Source: the human T2T-CHM13v2.0 reference genome, Homo sapiens
Assembly (NCBI RefSeq): GCF_009914755.1
Contig: NC_060930.1
Direction: 5' to 3' (one strand)
Length of the DNA: 64,000 nucleotides
Shown here: positions 1 to 14,184 of the stretch, one piece after another
How positions within the stretch are numbered: position 1 is the first letter of the stretch
Layout of the letters: the number at the start of each line of letters is the position of its first letter
Notes under the pieces: model-generated
What the model saw: only the letters and a program-made list of their open reading frames with translations
Database searches by the model: none
What the model was told of the DNA's origin: nothing
Position numbers and translations under genes: made by a program

Positions 1-122
1 ACTCGGGAGGCTGAGGCTGGAGAATTGCTTGCACCCAGGAGGTGGAGATTTCAGTGAGCTGAGATCACACCATTGCACTTCAGCCTGGGCGACTGAGTGA
101 GACTCTATCTCAAAAAAAAAAA
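1..122 (+). mobile_element. Alu right arm and poly(A), cut by window edge
   Basis: gggaggctgaggctggagaattgcttg...cagcctgggcgactgagtgagactctatctc(A)n. Confidence 0.97.
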
Positions 123-404
123 GTCTCAATTTTGTGGCTGGCAGAAGTAAGAATGAACACATAGAGGGATAAAAGGTGAAACTAAAGATTTCTGCAGTGG
201 TCTGTATTCCATTGACAATGTGTCCCTTGAAGGTGGGTCTTCATCACATTCAGCCTTGGATCCCAGCACCCAGCACAGTGCCTGCTATGGTAGGTCATCA
301 GTAACCATGTGTCCAAGGAATATGTCTAAGCCCACCTTATTATCTCACAGATGCTTATCATGGAATTAACCATAACTTATAAAATAGTGGCTGCCAGGCC
401 TTTC

Positions 405-655
405 CAGCCATAAGAGATGTGCTCTGGAACTGACTGTCTGGTTCCAAGTGTAGCCTCTCCATTTTCCAGCTGTGCCACCTTAGGCGAGTACCTAACCCTC
501 TCTGTGCTCCATTTCCTTCATTTGAAAAATGTAGGTGATCATTGTTTCTACATAGGGTGGTTGTGCAAATTGAATGAGTTGATTCATATGAGGTACTTAA
601 CTCACTCAGTGCCTGGCACATAGAAATACCCAATAAATGTAAGCTATTATTCCTA
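405..655 (+). mobile_element. MIR SINE
   Basis: MIR core (ctgtgccaccttaggcgagtacctaaccctctctgtgctcc) and 3' end cagtgcctggcacatag...aataaatgtaagctattatt. Confidence 0.8.
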
Positions 656-880
656 TTATCATGTACACATATGCCCTAAATTCTTTTGTGTTGAGCCCCA
701 CATTCTTCACTTGTAGGAAATCCAGACTTCACAGATTGTTCTTCCTCAGATATTTTCCAGATTCCTGGGTTACCAGGAATAATTGTACACATTGGAAGTA
801 GATTGATAAATATATAATTAATAAGATTTTGCCTTCTGGAAAAGAATCCCTCCAAATTAAAACAATCATGATTAGCCTAG

Positions 881-1315
881 TGTATTAGTTTGCAGGCTGC
901 CATAAACGAAGTAGCAAAAACTGGGTGGCTTAAACAACAGAAATTTATTGTCTCATAGTCCAGGAAGCCAGAGCCCAAGATTAAGATGTTGGCAGGGTTG
1001 GTTCCCCCGGAGCGCTCTGAGGGAAAATCTGTTCCATGCCTCTCCCTGAGCTTCTAGCCTCAGGCGTTCCTTGGCTTGTAGGGAGCTGTCTTCTCCCCGT
1101 GTCTTCACATCGTCTTCCCTCTATAAGTGTCTGTCTCTATGTCCAAATTTCCCCTTCTTGTAAGGATGCCAGTCATACTGGATTAGAGTCTTCCTGATGA
1201 CTTCGTCTTAACTTGATCATCTATAAAGACACTATGTCCAAATAAGGTCCTATTCACAGGTGCTAGGGGTTAGAACTTTAACATCTTTTGGGGGTAACCA
1301 GTTCAACCTATAACA
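881..1315 (-). mobile_element. MLT1 (B/C-like) MaLR solo LTR
   Basis: TGTATTAG...TAACA termini; ctgggtggcttaaacaacagaaatttattgtctcatag signature. Confidence 0.9.
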
Positions 1316-2664
1316 CCCTGCTTTCATACTGGGCCCAGTAAACTGTAAACTGTGCTTATATCTTGGCCCCAAAGTAATGCCCTTTAACTGGTGAATAAAT
1401 TCCTGGTTTCAAGGTATTTATGTGCAGAGGACTCCAGCTGACTAATGTTGAGGGCCATGTGCTGTTATTTTAACATTTACTGTTGTTATATTTCAATATC
1501 TTTTTTATATCTTACAATAAGCCCTCATTTAGTTGGTGATGCTAGTGGGAAAATATGGGTTGGAAATAAAACTAGAAATAAAAAAACTATGATGAAGGCC
1601 AAAACCATGACACACACTATGCTATTACCTTCAGAGGAGAGGAGGCTCCGTGAAATATCAGAGACACTGCCAAAATAATTTTTACAAAGCATTATTACAT
1701 GGTTGTTGATGTACACACTCTGAGAAGTTATTTCCCTTCCTTGCATTTATTTCCATGTAAAACTGACTTTGGGTTATACAAGGACTTTGGGCTGAGTCCC
1801 TCGGTGCAACACTCCAGCTCAGCACTTATGGAATGCTGCATGCCCGCCCACACATCTTCACCCGCGGCTCCATTGGATGAAACATCATTTCCTGAGATAT
1901 CACCCTGAAATGTATAGGGAGGCAACTGTCACTATATCATGTAGATGCAGTTACTGAGATACACAGAGCCTAGAGGCTAGTAAAAGGCAGGGCCCGTTTG
2001 TGCCATAGCCTCCGGTGGAAGAGCGTGGGAGAACAATAGAACCCTTCCATGTGTACAACACTGAGTTCAGAGTGTTCAAGGAGCTGGTTCCAAAGTTCTT
2101 AGAAAGATAGCAAAATCCGTAATGATGGGAAAAGATGGAGTTACCCACTGTGGATCCATTCTGCAATGTTTCTCCTTGAAGTGAGATCAAATGCCTGAGC
2201 ACGAGTTGTCCTGAGGTCTCCTCCTTTTGAAAGAGATTGGCCAGAAATCAATTGCCTGATTGAAGTCAGCCTTGCTGTTAACTAAAGATCAAGCCAGATG
2301 GCGCAGGTCACTAAAGATGACTGGTTCTGCCCCTGCTGGGAACAGTTCTTGGGCCAGCTGCTCTAAGTCCCCCGCCAGCTTTCCACAAATGTCTGACCAT
2401 CTTGTCACCCTCTTCCTGCAGACATGATCAGACACATTCCCTTCCCCTGAGCCTGTCTGTAGGGAACTGTGCAGTGCCAGCAGAGTTCTGGAAGGATGAA
2501 GTGCTGAGTCTCTGTTGGGTACAGACACATCCAGTTACTGGCAGGACAGAGTAGTGCTGTGGGCATTTAATCAAGATTCTGTTAGGCAGGGAGGTGTGCT
2601 GAGGCTGGAGTTCAGCAGGGAATGAGAGCAATTGCTTATATTTCCTGAGGAGCTACGATGGCCA

Positions 2665-2835
2665 GCTCAGCACTAAGTGCTTCATATACATTACTTCATT
2701 TAATTCCCACAACATTCCAGTGAGGCTGGTGGGTACTAGTACTGCTACTGTCCCTTTTCACAGAGAAGGAAACTGAGGTTCCAGGTCATAAAGAAGTTGC
2801 TTAAGCATACAGCTAAGAGCAGGAGAGCCAGGATG
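2665..2835 (-). mobile_element. MIR SINE
   Basis: cagcactaagtgcttc...tttaattcccacaac...cagagaaggaaactgagg. Confidence 0.75.
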
Positions 2836-2971
2836 TTAGCCAGTTGGTCTGATTCCAGAGTAAGGTCTTCAGGTCTTGGAATCAGAGTTGGTCTGATTCC
2901 GAGGTTGGTCTGTCTGCAAAGACATCAAGGAGTTCACAGTGCAGTGGGAGAGAGAGACAAGCCAGCTGGGA

Positions 2972-3845
2972 TTATATGAAATGATATGAGGATATGATAT
3001 GGTAATGTGATATGATATATTATATGATCTGGTATAATGATATATGATGATATGATATGGTATGATGATATGATAATATGATATGGTAAGATATATGATG
3101 ATATGATATGGTATAATATATGGTATGATATAGTATGACATGATGAAATGGTATGGAATGATGATATATGATATGATATAATATGATATGGTATAATGAC
3201 ATATGATATATGATGATATGATATATGATATAATATGGCACAATGATATATGATGATATGATGTGGTATGATATAGTATGATATATGATGAAATGGTATG
3301 GAATGATGAGATATGATATGATATGATGGTATGGTATGATGATGATGATATATGATATACACGATATGACATGGTATGATTATATATGATGATATGATAT
3401 GGTATGATAGATATATAATGATATGATATGGTATGACATATGGTATGATATAGTATGATATATGATAAAATGGTATGATATGATATGATAATATGGTATG
3501 ATATATATGATGACATATGATATATGATATGATGTATGGTATGATATGGTATGATATATGATATATGATATGATATGGTATGATGATATATGATGGTATG
3601 GTATGATATATGATATGCTATGGTATGATATATGATGATGTGGTATGGTATGATATATGATATGATATGGTATGATGATATATGATGACATATGATATAT
3701 GATGATATGTATGACATGATTTGGTATGATGATATATGATATAATATGGCATGGTGATATATGATGATGTGATATGGTATGATGATATGATATGATATGA
3801 TATGGTATGATGATGTGATATGATACAATGAAATGATATCATATG
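2972..3845. repeat. Degenerate (ATATG/GATAT/GGTAT/GAT)n simple repeat, ~870 bp
   Basis: Directly visible; + strand almost devoid of C. Confidence 0.98.
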
Positions 3846-3962
3846 GCCTGTGATGAGGCTGTGGAAACAGGGAAATAACACTGGATGGAGTCTTGTGGGG
3901 GCAGGGAGATCATGAAAGCATTTCCAAAGTTGGAGTTCTAGCTGTGTGTCCCCACAGCACCC

Positions 3963-4414
3963 TATGATGGTTAATGTTATGTTAACTTGACTGGGCCATG
4001 GGATGCCCAGATATTTGGTCAATGTTATTCTGGGTATTTCTGTGAGGATGATTTTGGACAAGGTTAACATCTAAATTAAGAGACTGAGGACAGCTGATTG
4101 CCCTCCCCAATGCAGGTGGGCCTCGCCCAATCAGCTGAAGGCCTGAAGAGAACAGAAGGCTGAACCTCCTGTGAGTAAAAGTCCTCCTGCCTGGATGCTT
4201 TCAAACTGGGACATCAGCTTTTTTTCCTGCCTTCAGACTCGAACTGAAGGATCCACTCCACTCTTCCTGGGTCTCCAGCTTGCAGACTCCCTCTGCAGAT
4301 CTTGGGACCTGCCCACCTTTATAATTACGTGAACCAATTCCTTATAATGAATCGCTTTATTTGCACACACACACGTCCTATTGGTTGTTTCCCTGGAGAG
4401 CCGTGACTTGTACA
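3963..4414 (+). mobile_element. MLT2 (B/C-like) ERV-L solo LTR
   Basis: tatgatggttaat...aacttgactgggcc start, TACA end, perfect 5-bp TSD CACCC (3958-3962, 4415-4419). Confidence 0.92.
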
Positions 4415-5222
4415 CACCCTGTTCTTATTCTGTCACAATGCCTGTTACAACATCTCAGCACTGGCCATTTAACTGCATCTCCTACTGAGCTGGAAGCTCT
4501 GGTGGATAGGGGCAGGTCTGCTCATTCACTGCTGCCTTCCCTGCACCTGGTACCATGCACACAGAATAAGCCTAGCAGAATGCCTGTGGATGGACTGACC
4601 AATGAAAGTAATGAGGTGCTGGGACCCGAAGGCTGAGTGGCATGAGTCATGAGGAGGCATAGGTGGAGTTGGAGGTGGGAGGAGGATGATGTAGCAAAGG
4701 TAATGGCATGAGTCAAGCGTCTGGCTGAGAATGGGCACAGTGAGTCTCAGACATCAGTGACTCCAGCAGGGCTGGAGCCTGCAGGGGGGTGGCCAGTGAG
4801 GGGGAGGGGAAGCTGGATGGTTGGATCATGAAGGGCTTTGCACAAAAGTTAAGCAGTTCGACTTTATCCTGCAGGAAGTGGGGGTGGCTAAAGAGTTGAC
4901 AGATTCTGAATCTACCTAGCCGTGTGACCTTGGCCAAGGTATTTAACTCTGGACTTGGGTTTTGCTGTTGTTTGGTTAGTTCGTTTCTTTTTTCCATTAG
5001 AAAAATGAGGGAAGTAATGTGTCTGGGATGGTTGTGAGACTCCCATGGGTGTGTCGAGTGCTGTGTAAGGGGAGGCATGCTGGACATCTAAAGGCGCAGT
5101 GGGCATGGGGCCCACCTCAGCCTTGGCACACAAGCAAGTCCACAACATCCTTCTCCTCTGAAGGCTGACAATCGGCAGAATGTGATGAATGACTGTCTGA
5201 TGGCATCAGAGAGTTGCAATGC

Positions 5223-5610
5223 TGTTAAAAGAAAAACCTTAGACAGATTAAGTTTAACAGAGTTTCATTGAGCAAAGAACAAACCTCAAATCGGGCAGCA
5301 CTGAATGAGAATAGGTTCAGAGAGGCTCTGGCCCAGCCACATGGTCAAAGAAGATTTATGAATAGAGAAAGAAAAGTGACAAACAAAACGGAAGTGAGGT
5401 ACAGAAACAGCAGGATGGGTTACAGCTCTGCATTTGCCTTATTTGAACATGGTTCAAACACTTGGCCACCTGTGATTGGCTGAAACTCAGCGCTTGGCAC
5501 AAAGGTTATAGTTGTGTACAGCCAGCTAGATTACAGTTCACCATGTACAGAGAAACCTGGCTGAACTTAAAAATGTAAGGAGGCAGCTTTAGGCTAAACT
5601 TGATCTAACA
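5223..5610 (-). mobile_element. MER57B-like ERV1 solo LTR
   Basis: Minus strand begins TGTTAGATCAAGTTTAGCCTAAAGCTGCCTCCTTAC; TG..CA termini; 4-bp TSD ATGC. Confidence 0.88.
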
Positions 5611-6399
5611 ATGCTTTCCCCATGCGCCTGGCATTTCTGTCTTGGGAGCATCCAGATGAATAAATGACGTCTAGGAAGAGTCCCAAGAGTCCCTGGGAGA
5701 GACTCACAGGTGCATGAGAGAGGAGTCTGTTTTGAAAGCAAGGCCCATTGAATTCCAACTAGAAAAATCTCCGTTCGTTTAAGAGCCATGTGTCTCCCTG
5801 CACTAGTTTGGTATTAATATTTATCCATGTTCTTAGTATATTCAGATCAGCTGCTGACAAGGCCTTTTCATTGATCAAATACACTACTCTATATGAAGAA
5901 ACATAGAGATTGAGTGGATTAAATATATATCTCAAAGCCTTCCAAACCCCACTTTGCTCCCAAGATAACTATTTTATTTTTCTGAGCTCTCTAGAGGAAG
6001 AGAGGCAGATTAGTTTTCCCAATGGTGTAGTGACCAGGAACTCCAGAAATCTGGGGATCAGCAAGCCACTGCACCATTACAGGGCTCCAGGGTCCTACTC
6101 CTTAGCCACACTCCAAGGACCAGGAATAAGCCATTGCAAATGCTAGTTCCAGGAACACGCTGACCCAGCTGTGATCCAGGGATCAAAAGCTAACACCAAA
6201 CCTGTTGGCTACAAAGCTTCCTGTGAGCCCTGCCTCCCTTTCTACTTAAATGAGTTCCTAATTCAAGGCTGCATGAGGGCCTTTGGGTGGCCATTCACAA
6301 TCACAAGGAAACCTCAGTTGCAGGAGAGTCTGGGATATTCAGTTTGCAATATAAGAAAGCCCTTAGCAGAAGGTTGGGATAGATAAAGAGCTGCCATAT

Positions 6400-6934
6400 T
6401 GTCACTGATAAACTGGGTTTTTTCACCACTTTGTGTCAGTCACAAAAAAAGAACATCCAGCTGGAAAAAGCAATCAGGCTTTATTCACTAGCCAAGGAAT
6501 GGAGAAGGTGGCTCTCACTCGAAAGGTAGCTTCTTCCCAAACAATAGAAGGTGTGGGGTTTTAAGGACCAGGTGCAGGGCGAGAGAAGCGTGTTTGCATG
6601 TGCAGGGCGGGACTCCAGATATGCCTAATTCATAAATATATATGTTCATATATCACCTGTACACAAAATGGTGGAGATTTTCCTTTGGGGGAGGAAATTT
6701 TAGCATTATAATGATATGTTAATGATCTGAAGGCAACTAAGGGTCATCTATTCCGGTTTGTGCTGGTTTTGTGGCATCTTATCTTCCTCTGCTCTTTGGT
6801 CAGTGGTCAGTAAGCTCTGGTGCCATCCCAGGCCTTCTGGTTTCATTAAGCAGCTGTGCCTGTAGATAAAGGGACTAAAAGAAAATAGAAAAAGGAACTT
6901 TCCCAGTGACGTCATCAGGGCTGCCCTGGTAAAA
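6400..6934 (-). mobile_element. ERV1-class solo LTR, subfamily unassigned
   Basis: TG start on +; minus-strand AATAAA near 6480; degenerate 4-bp TSD ATAT/ATAC; contains CRE palindrome TGACGTCA at 6907-6914. Confidence 0.65.
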
Positions 6935-7998
6935 ATACTGGCTGCCCTGAAGAAGACCTAGATATTCCTTGTTCAGTGTATGCCCTGAAAGATCAATGCT
7001 GGAAGCTGGCAAGAGGGAACATTCTCACTAGCTTTCTATTTTAAACAGACATGATTTAATATATTTACCCAGAAAGGTCTGAGCACACATCCTCTACTCT
7101 ACCTTCCTCCCCAAACCCCACATCCCAGCAAATCTGTACTCAAGGCATTCACAGTTTGCAGAAATGATTTGCTAATCCAGGCTGGGGCAAGCCCCAAGAG
7201 AAGAGCTGACAATGACCAGTTTTCTGGGTCAGAGGCACAGAATCGAATGGGCCAGAGGGAGCCCATTCATCTCCCTTTCTTCCTCTTCAAATGTTGCTCC
7301 CTGACCCTTTATCTAAGACTGGATGGTTGATGGTCAATAAAATTGAAGTTCCTAAGCTCCTAAAGAGGTTTATGGAAACCGGCGTTTAGCTGGTGTCTCA
7401 GTGTGGCTGGTTGGTTCCTAACCAGTCTCTGCTTCTAAACTTTACCTCCAGGGCCAGGCGGGTTCAGGCACGTTCCTGGCGGAAGGTGCTCTGATGCTGT
7501 GGAAGACAGTTTCTTCATGGATTCCAACTGCTTGATTTGTGGGAATGACTCAACCATGCCTGTTCTCCCCCACCTTTGATGAGGCATCTGACACTGAGTT
7601 AATTCATTTGCATGGTGTAGACTATAGTAAATCCAGTGTTGGGACACTGTGTCATCTTCTTTCTGATTATGATGGTAACAAACGCTTGCCATAGGAGACT
7701 GGAAAAATCTATCCTATAGGAATATTGGAAAATCTATCCTGTAGGAAGAAAGAAAAAACTCACCTAAACTTGTACCACACACTGTCAAATCTGGGCACTT
7801 TTCCTTCTTTTTGTCTTTTTCCCCCTAAAGCCACAGGCGTTTAAAAACAACCTGAGCATGAGTCAGCCTGTCTGTCCACATCTACATACATGTGATCGAG
7901 GCCCTCATCTTGCAGATACAGATCTATTCTCTTGCAGAGACTCAACCTTGGACAATATCATTGCTTTCCACTGCAATATTCATTACTCCATCAACAAA

Positions 7999-8308
7999 TT
8001 TTTATTTTTTATTCTTTTGAGACAAGGTCTCACCCTGTTTCACAGGCTGGAGTGCAGTGGTGCAATCATGGCTCACTACAACCCAAACTCCTGGGCTCAA
8101 GTGATCCTCCTGCCTCAGCCTCCTTAGTAGCTGGGATCACAAGTATGCACCACCATGCCCAGCTAATTTTTTTTCTTTTTCTTTTTTTGTAAAGATGGAG
8201 GCCTCGCTTTATTGCTCAGGCTGGTCTCAAACTCCTGAGCTCAAGCAATTCTCCCGCCTTGGCCTCCCAAAGTGCTGGGATTATAGGCGTGAGCCACTGT
8301 GTCCAGCC
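7999..8308 (-). mobile_element. AluJ
   Basis: Full dimer with J-type diagnostics (ctcctgggctcaagtgatcctcc). Confidence 0.95.
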
Positions 8309-10238
8309 AGAAAGTTCTATTTTGTATAGCTAGCTTAACAAAACTGCTGCAGTGCTAGCCCCTATTCTTAGTCTATTGCCCATCTGGCCTCCACTATCTG
8401 GAAGATAGACAGAAGAGCCCACAACCTTCTCCAGACAACAAAGAAACTGGCCGGTGAAATCATCAAGAGGCTAGCTGGCGTCTGGGGGGTGTGAGGGAGT
8501 GCATTGCATTAATGAAGTCTTTTTATTCTTGGAAAAGTGTTTGGACAAAGGCTGTGCTATGCGTATGGCGTCTCTGCAGCTCCTGGACATATGCTCTGAC
8601 TGTGCTACTTCTGCACACGAAAGGTCAGCATATGGCTTCCTTTCTCTTTCCCCGAGGAAAGTGACAGGCTGGTCATGGATGCCTCACCTGCTGTTGCTCT
8701 CGCTCTGGAGAAAGAAGTGTTGGAGGCATCACTGCCAGTAAATCTTCACTGGGCTCCCAGCAGGCCTGGCCTAGCTTGACCCCTTCATGGGTAACAGCAG
8801 AAGGCCACCTGCTGCTCCGCGGCTGAGCAACCAAACAGCACAGCTGCTGAGGTTAGGGTTTGAGGTGAAATATAGCCACACACATCTCCCAGGGTCACAC
8901 GTGGGTAGCCTCAAAGGGCAAATAGGTCTTGAAATGATGGTCTCAGGGGAGAAACCACTTCCATGGCCTGTTCTCGAGCTGTCCAGCTTGGCAGGGTGAG
9001 AAAAGTCTGCAATGAATGGCCTTCCTGGGTCTTTCCGTCAGAGCAGCCTGGAGTGTGTGCTGAAGGTGAAACAGCCACCCCAGCGCTTCTCCTCCTCCTC
9101 CACACTCCTTCGTCCTTTTAGGTCCCTTGCCCTACCTTTGTCCTTGTTATTGCTGACAGTCAGAGCATCCAGGAAACAGAGCTGGGAAAGAAAGAAACCA
9201 GAAGGGAGGAGAGGGGCCTAAGATTGAGGGTTTGGAGAACAGATTAATGCTATGACCTTCAGCCGCCTGGGGACAAAAAGCACCTTCCAGAGAGAAGCCA
9301 TTGAGCAGTCGCTGACGTTGCATCCATCAGGCTCGTACTGGTTGTAGGATTTGATTTTTAAAAGGCACATGTTTATGACTACGTGGCTTTCTTGTCCCAC
9401 TCTATAGCAAGCTAACTGAAAGCACTTTCCCCCGTGTCAATCAGTTAAAGAGAAGGCTAGCAAATATGTCTGTGACAGAATAATCTTGGTGTTTCCTAAT
9501 TTCCACTTCATGGCACTGTGGAAAAAGACATCTGAAGGTGCTGTGGAATTATATGGACAAGGCTGCAGGCAGATGGCGAGGCCGTGGAGAGATTCGACTT
9601 GGAACCTATTGGGAGGATATAGGGTGGAGACGCGTGATTCTGGATCATGTGAACCCAGGATGCACGTGAATTTCCTGCATCACCTAAGGAGGAAAGTGGG
9701 GAGGCTGTTGAGCGAAAGCAGCTTGAAATTCTTCTTGGGATCCACGTTCACGTAATTGATTCCTTCCTTCCTTGCTCCTTTTTTGCCTTTCTTTTGTTGA
9801 TTGATTCTTTCTTTCATTAATCAAAATCTGTCTTCAAGGATCTCACCTTCAGCTCTGGGAAGAAAGCCCATTAAGCAACCTCAAGGCAGTAAAGAAGGCA
9901 GGAAGAGACAGGAATGGTCAGAGTATATTGAAAAACGTTCCTCAGTCAGTCTCCCAAATGTTCGGTGTATGCTGGAATCACCTGGGGTTCTCTGTACCGA
10001 TGCCGTCTCGAAGACCAGGGGATCTCAGGTGGTGATCAGGAATCTGCATTTCACCAGCCCCTGTCCCCACCCCATCCCCAGGGCATGCTTTTGGAAATCT
10101 GCTCACAACGTGTCCCTCCCCCTCCTTCCTGCTTTTATTAACTAGATGTTAAAATGCTTGGAGTCACACTCAGGAGTGTGTGGAGTCTTCTCGTGAGACT
10201 TAGGTCCTTGTTTTTTAGCACCAAGTAAACATTTCTAG

Positions 10239-10830
<592 letters not shown>

Positions 10831-10995
10831 AAACCAGTGCATTATTAACACATGTTTCAAGCCATCGAATGTGGACCTGCAGTCTTAAAGCAGATCCCAG
10901 AACACCTTAGCTTGTATTTGTCCCTGAGGCCTGGCAGATGCTAGCAGTCCTGCCCCTCACTTTCACTCCTTCACCCTGTTTGACAGGCTAACCCC

Positions 10996-11100
10996 TAGGA
11001 TGACCATATAATTATTCAAACCACATAATGTTGAGAGTGAAAAGGATGCAGTGGAATTGAACAAAAATGTATACCAGACTATCCTGGGCACACAATCTAA
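10996..11100 (+). mobile_element. MER94-like hAT-Blackjack MITE
   Basis: taggatgaccatataatt...ttgagagtgaaa...ccagactatcctgggca. Confidence 0.55.
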
Positions 11101-12052
11101 CGCTCACTTTCTTAAGAGAAGAAATATGAGATGGTCAGTGTAAATGAAGATAAACTCTGTGGCTCTGGCCAGTTTGATAAGAGGAGTGAGGAGAGATGTA
11201 TATTTCTGCCATGTAATTCTCAGCCCAGAGGAGGCTGAGGGGCCAGCCTTTGCTCTACCGCTACTTAGCTATGAACTTTGGGCAACTGCTGGCCTCCCTT
11301 GTCTCGTCTCCTGCTCTGTAAAATGGACTGACCTTCCAGATCATTTCTGGGGCTCTGTACTAATGAAGGAGTTGTGGGTTCCCGTTTCCTTTCTCCTTTT
11401 TCTCCCTCTTTTCCTCCAGCACCTAGTCCTCATTTTTGCATCAGCTTGTGAACTGCAGCACCTGTGGTTATTAATATTAATTTCAAAACTCCTGTTTTAA
11501 CATGCAAAGTGACCCAATTACGAAATCAAAATTGATTTTAATTGTTAGCATGCCATTACTATACGGTATTCTATTCTCAGTTGTTTACATGCCGCTCTCC
11601 TCAAGCACAGTGTATAATAAGTCCCTTTCCGTGAGGCTGGGAGCTTACAGATTCCTTTACTGCAAAGACCTGCATAGTTGGAAGGTGCCAGAGAAGTGAA
11701 TTATAGCAACTGAATTGAGCTCTTCGAGTTCTGGCAACAGCCAGGAAGCTAAAAAGAAGCTTTGTCTTAATGGTGGCAGGAGCCCAGAACTGCCTCAGTT
11801 TAGAGTGATTAAGAGTATTTCTGAATTTCACCCTACTGCTGTCTGAAACAGCAGCCAAGATTGAAGGGCGGGGGTGAAATGCTGCAAACTGCACCAGGAA
11901 AGGGGAGGATTAGAGGAGACCGAACAGCTTCCCTAAACCCTTACTGCTCTATGCAGAGGTGATGTCACCAGGAGCTCTACAAGACATAGAGATGCTTTAG
12001 GTATGCAATTTGCTAATGTCTTGATACAGCTGCTTATTTAAAATCATCCTTA

Positions 12053-12407
<355 letters not shown>

Positions 12408-12454
12408 TCATTTTTCCTTTTTTAAATGATTATGGGGGGAGAGCAAAAGAAGGA

Positions 12455-12602
12455 TGATATTTTGTGACATGTGAAAATGATATGAAATTCAAATTTCAAT
12501 GTCCATAAATATTTAGTGGAACACAGATCACACCCATTTGTTTTAAATGTTGTTCACAGCTGCTTTCCACGGTAACTGCAGAGTAGTTGGGAAAGAGCCC
12601 AC
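12455..12602. mobile_element. MER58B-like hAT-Charlie fragment; another MER58 terminus at ~13280-13362
   Basis: tgtgacatgtgaaaatgatatgaaattcaaatttcaatgtccataaat; ggcccacaaagcctaaactatttactatctggccctttc. Confidence 0.7.
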
Positions 12603-12851
12603 GTGACACTCTCAGCGCTGTTCTCTGCTGCCTGCACACAATAAATCGCAGCGATGCTGCCGTAAGTTGACAGCCTCTGGAGTGCTATCCCCCAGGCTGT
12701 ACTAGAACATTTCATTTTATTTTGTATTACCAGCTTTTCCAAAGACTTTAAACTATAGAGAACAAAAGAAGAGGTGGTGAGTGAGTCTGAGGCATTCACT
12801 TCCAACTCCTGAGGAGATTTTGCTAAAGACTGTAGATCTCAGAATTCCTCA

Positions 12852-13081
<230 letters not shown>

Positions 13082-13644
13082 AGAATTCCTCAATTCACCT
13101 TGGTTCTTTGCTTTACTTTTTTAACCCGTTCTTACACTGAGGTGTATAGGGGTTAACAATTGAGATGGGATGGAATTAAGCTTAAGCTACAAAATTGCGT
13201 TGGGCTTACCTAATAGTTGTTTTCAAATATCTATCTGATGCCCAAGAATGTCTGCCCAGCTTTCTCTTGTTGTGAAAGTACCTACAGAATAGCCTTTTGC
13301 CTCTCGGCCCACAAAGCCTAAACTATTTACTATCTGGCCCTTTCCAGGAAAAGTCTGCCTATCACAGCTTTGAAAAATTCCCGTCTCACTGTAGAAAAGT
13401 CCAGAGCCCTGGCATTCATTGGCTTTCACGCCTGAGCCCATCTCTTCTGCTATAGTCTGATTCCACGCGATTTCCTCACGTGTGCCCTGTGCAGCAGCAA
13501 CAGCCGTGACCACAGGTTCCAGACGGCTGCTCCTCTCATCTCCTTACCCTCCCGGGGGCTGCTTCCAGGTCCCCAGTGTCCTCTCCCATACTGACTGCCC
13601 CCCGGGGGCAGGGGCACACCTTCCCCTGGCTTTATGTTTCTACA

Positions 13645-13850
13645 AGAGTAATAATAATAGCTGGCATCCACATCCTTACTGTACCCCATGGCCACTTTAC
13701 ACACAGCATCTCATTTTATCTTCTCCCAGCCTGTGGAAGTAGGTTTTATGACAATCTCCATCTTACAGTTCACAAAACTGAGACTCAGAGAGGTTAAGCA
13801 ACCTGCCAAGGTCGTATAGATAGAAAGTGGCAAACCCAGGCTTGGGGTTC
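13645..13850 (-). mobile_element. MIR SINE
   Basis: aataataatagctggca...aaactgagactcagagaggttaagcaacctgccaaggtc. Confidence 0.8.
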
Positions 13851-14184
13851 AGAGAGATGAGCTCCAGCACGCAGGCGCTGACTGCTTTGCCACAGGGCTG
13901 CTCTGGAAAAGCACCTGGCTTCTTGCAACCTTCCTCTGACCCTCCGTGGAGGCCGCCTTGGTGACCTGATAGGGAGTGGGGGTCCATAGCCCAGGGCTCA
14001 TAGTTGGATGGGGCCAATTACATGCCTTTGAGTCCTGGGGTTTGGTTTCTTCTCCTCCCCTCTCCTTACTGTCCTGCACAGCAACCCTGGGTTGGGAAGT
14101 CTTCCCTGCTGTCCCCATGCAGCTGAACCACACTCTGTACTTGGGTGGGGCTGGGGTGTGTTGACATGCCCCCTCCATGTGTTT

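Noticed and set aside
1525-1746. 73-aa ORF with a hydrophobic TM-like stretch
   Set aside because: The hydrophobicity comes from the antisense of an A-rich tract; no supporting gene structure.
2869-3828. 319-aa His/Ile/Tyr/Ser-rich ORF and overlapping ORFs
   Set aside because: Translation of the (CATAT)n repeat; the strand has few stop codons in that frame by composition, with no other coding evidence.
2972-3845. Possible CRISPR-like or satellite array
   Set aside because: No constant repeat with unique spacers, not GGAAT-based HSATII/III, and the context is eukaryotic.
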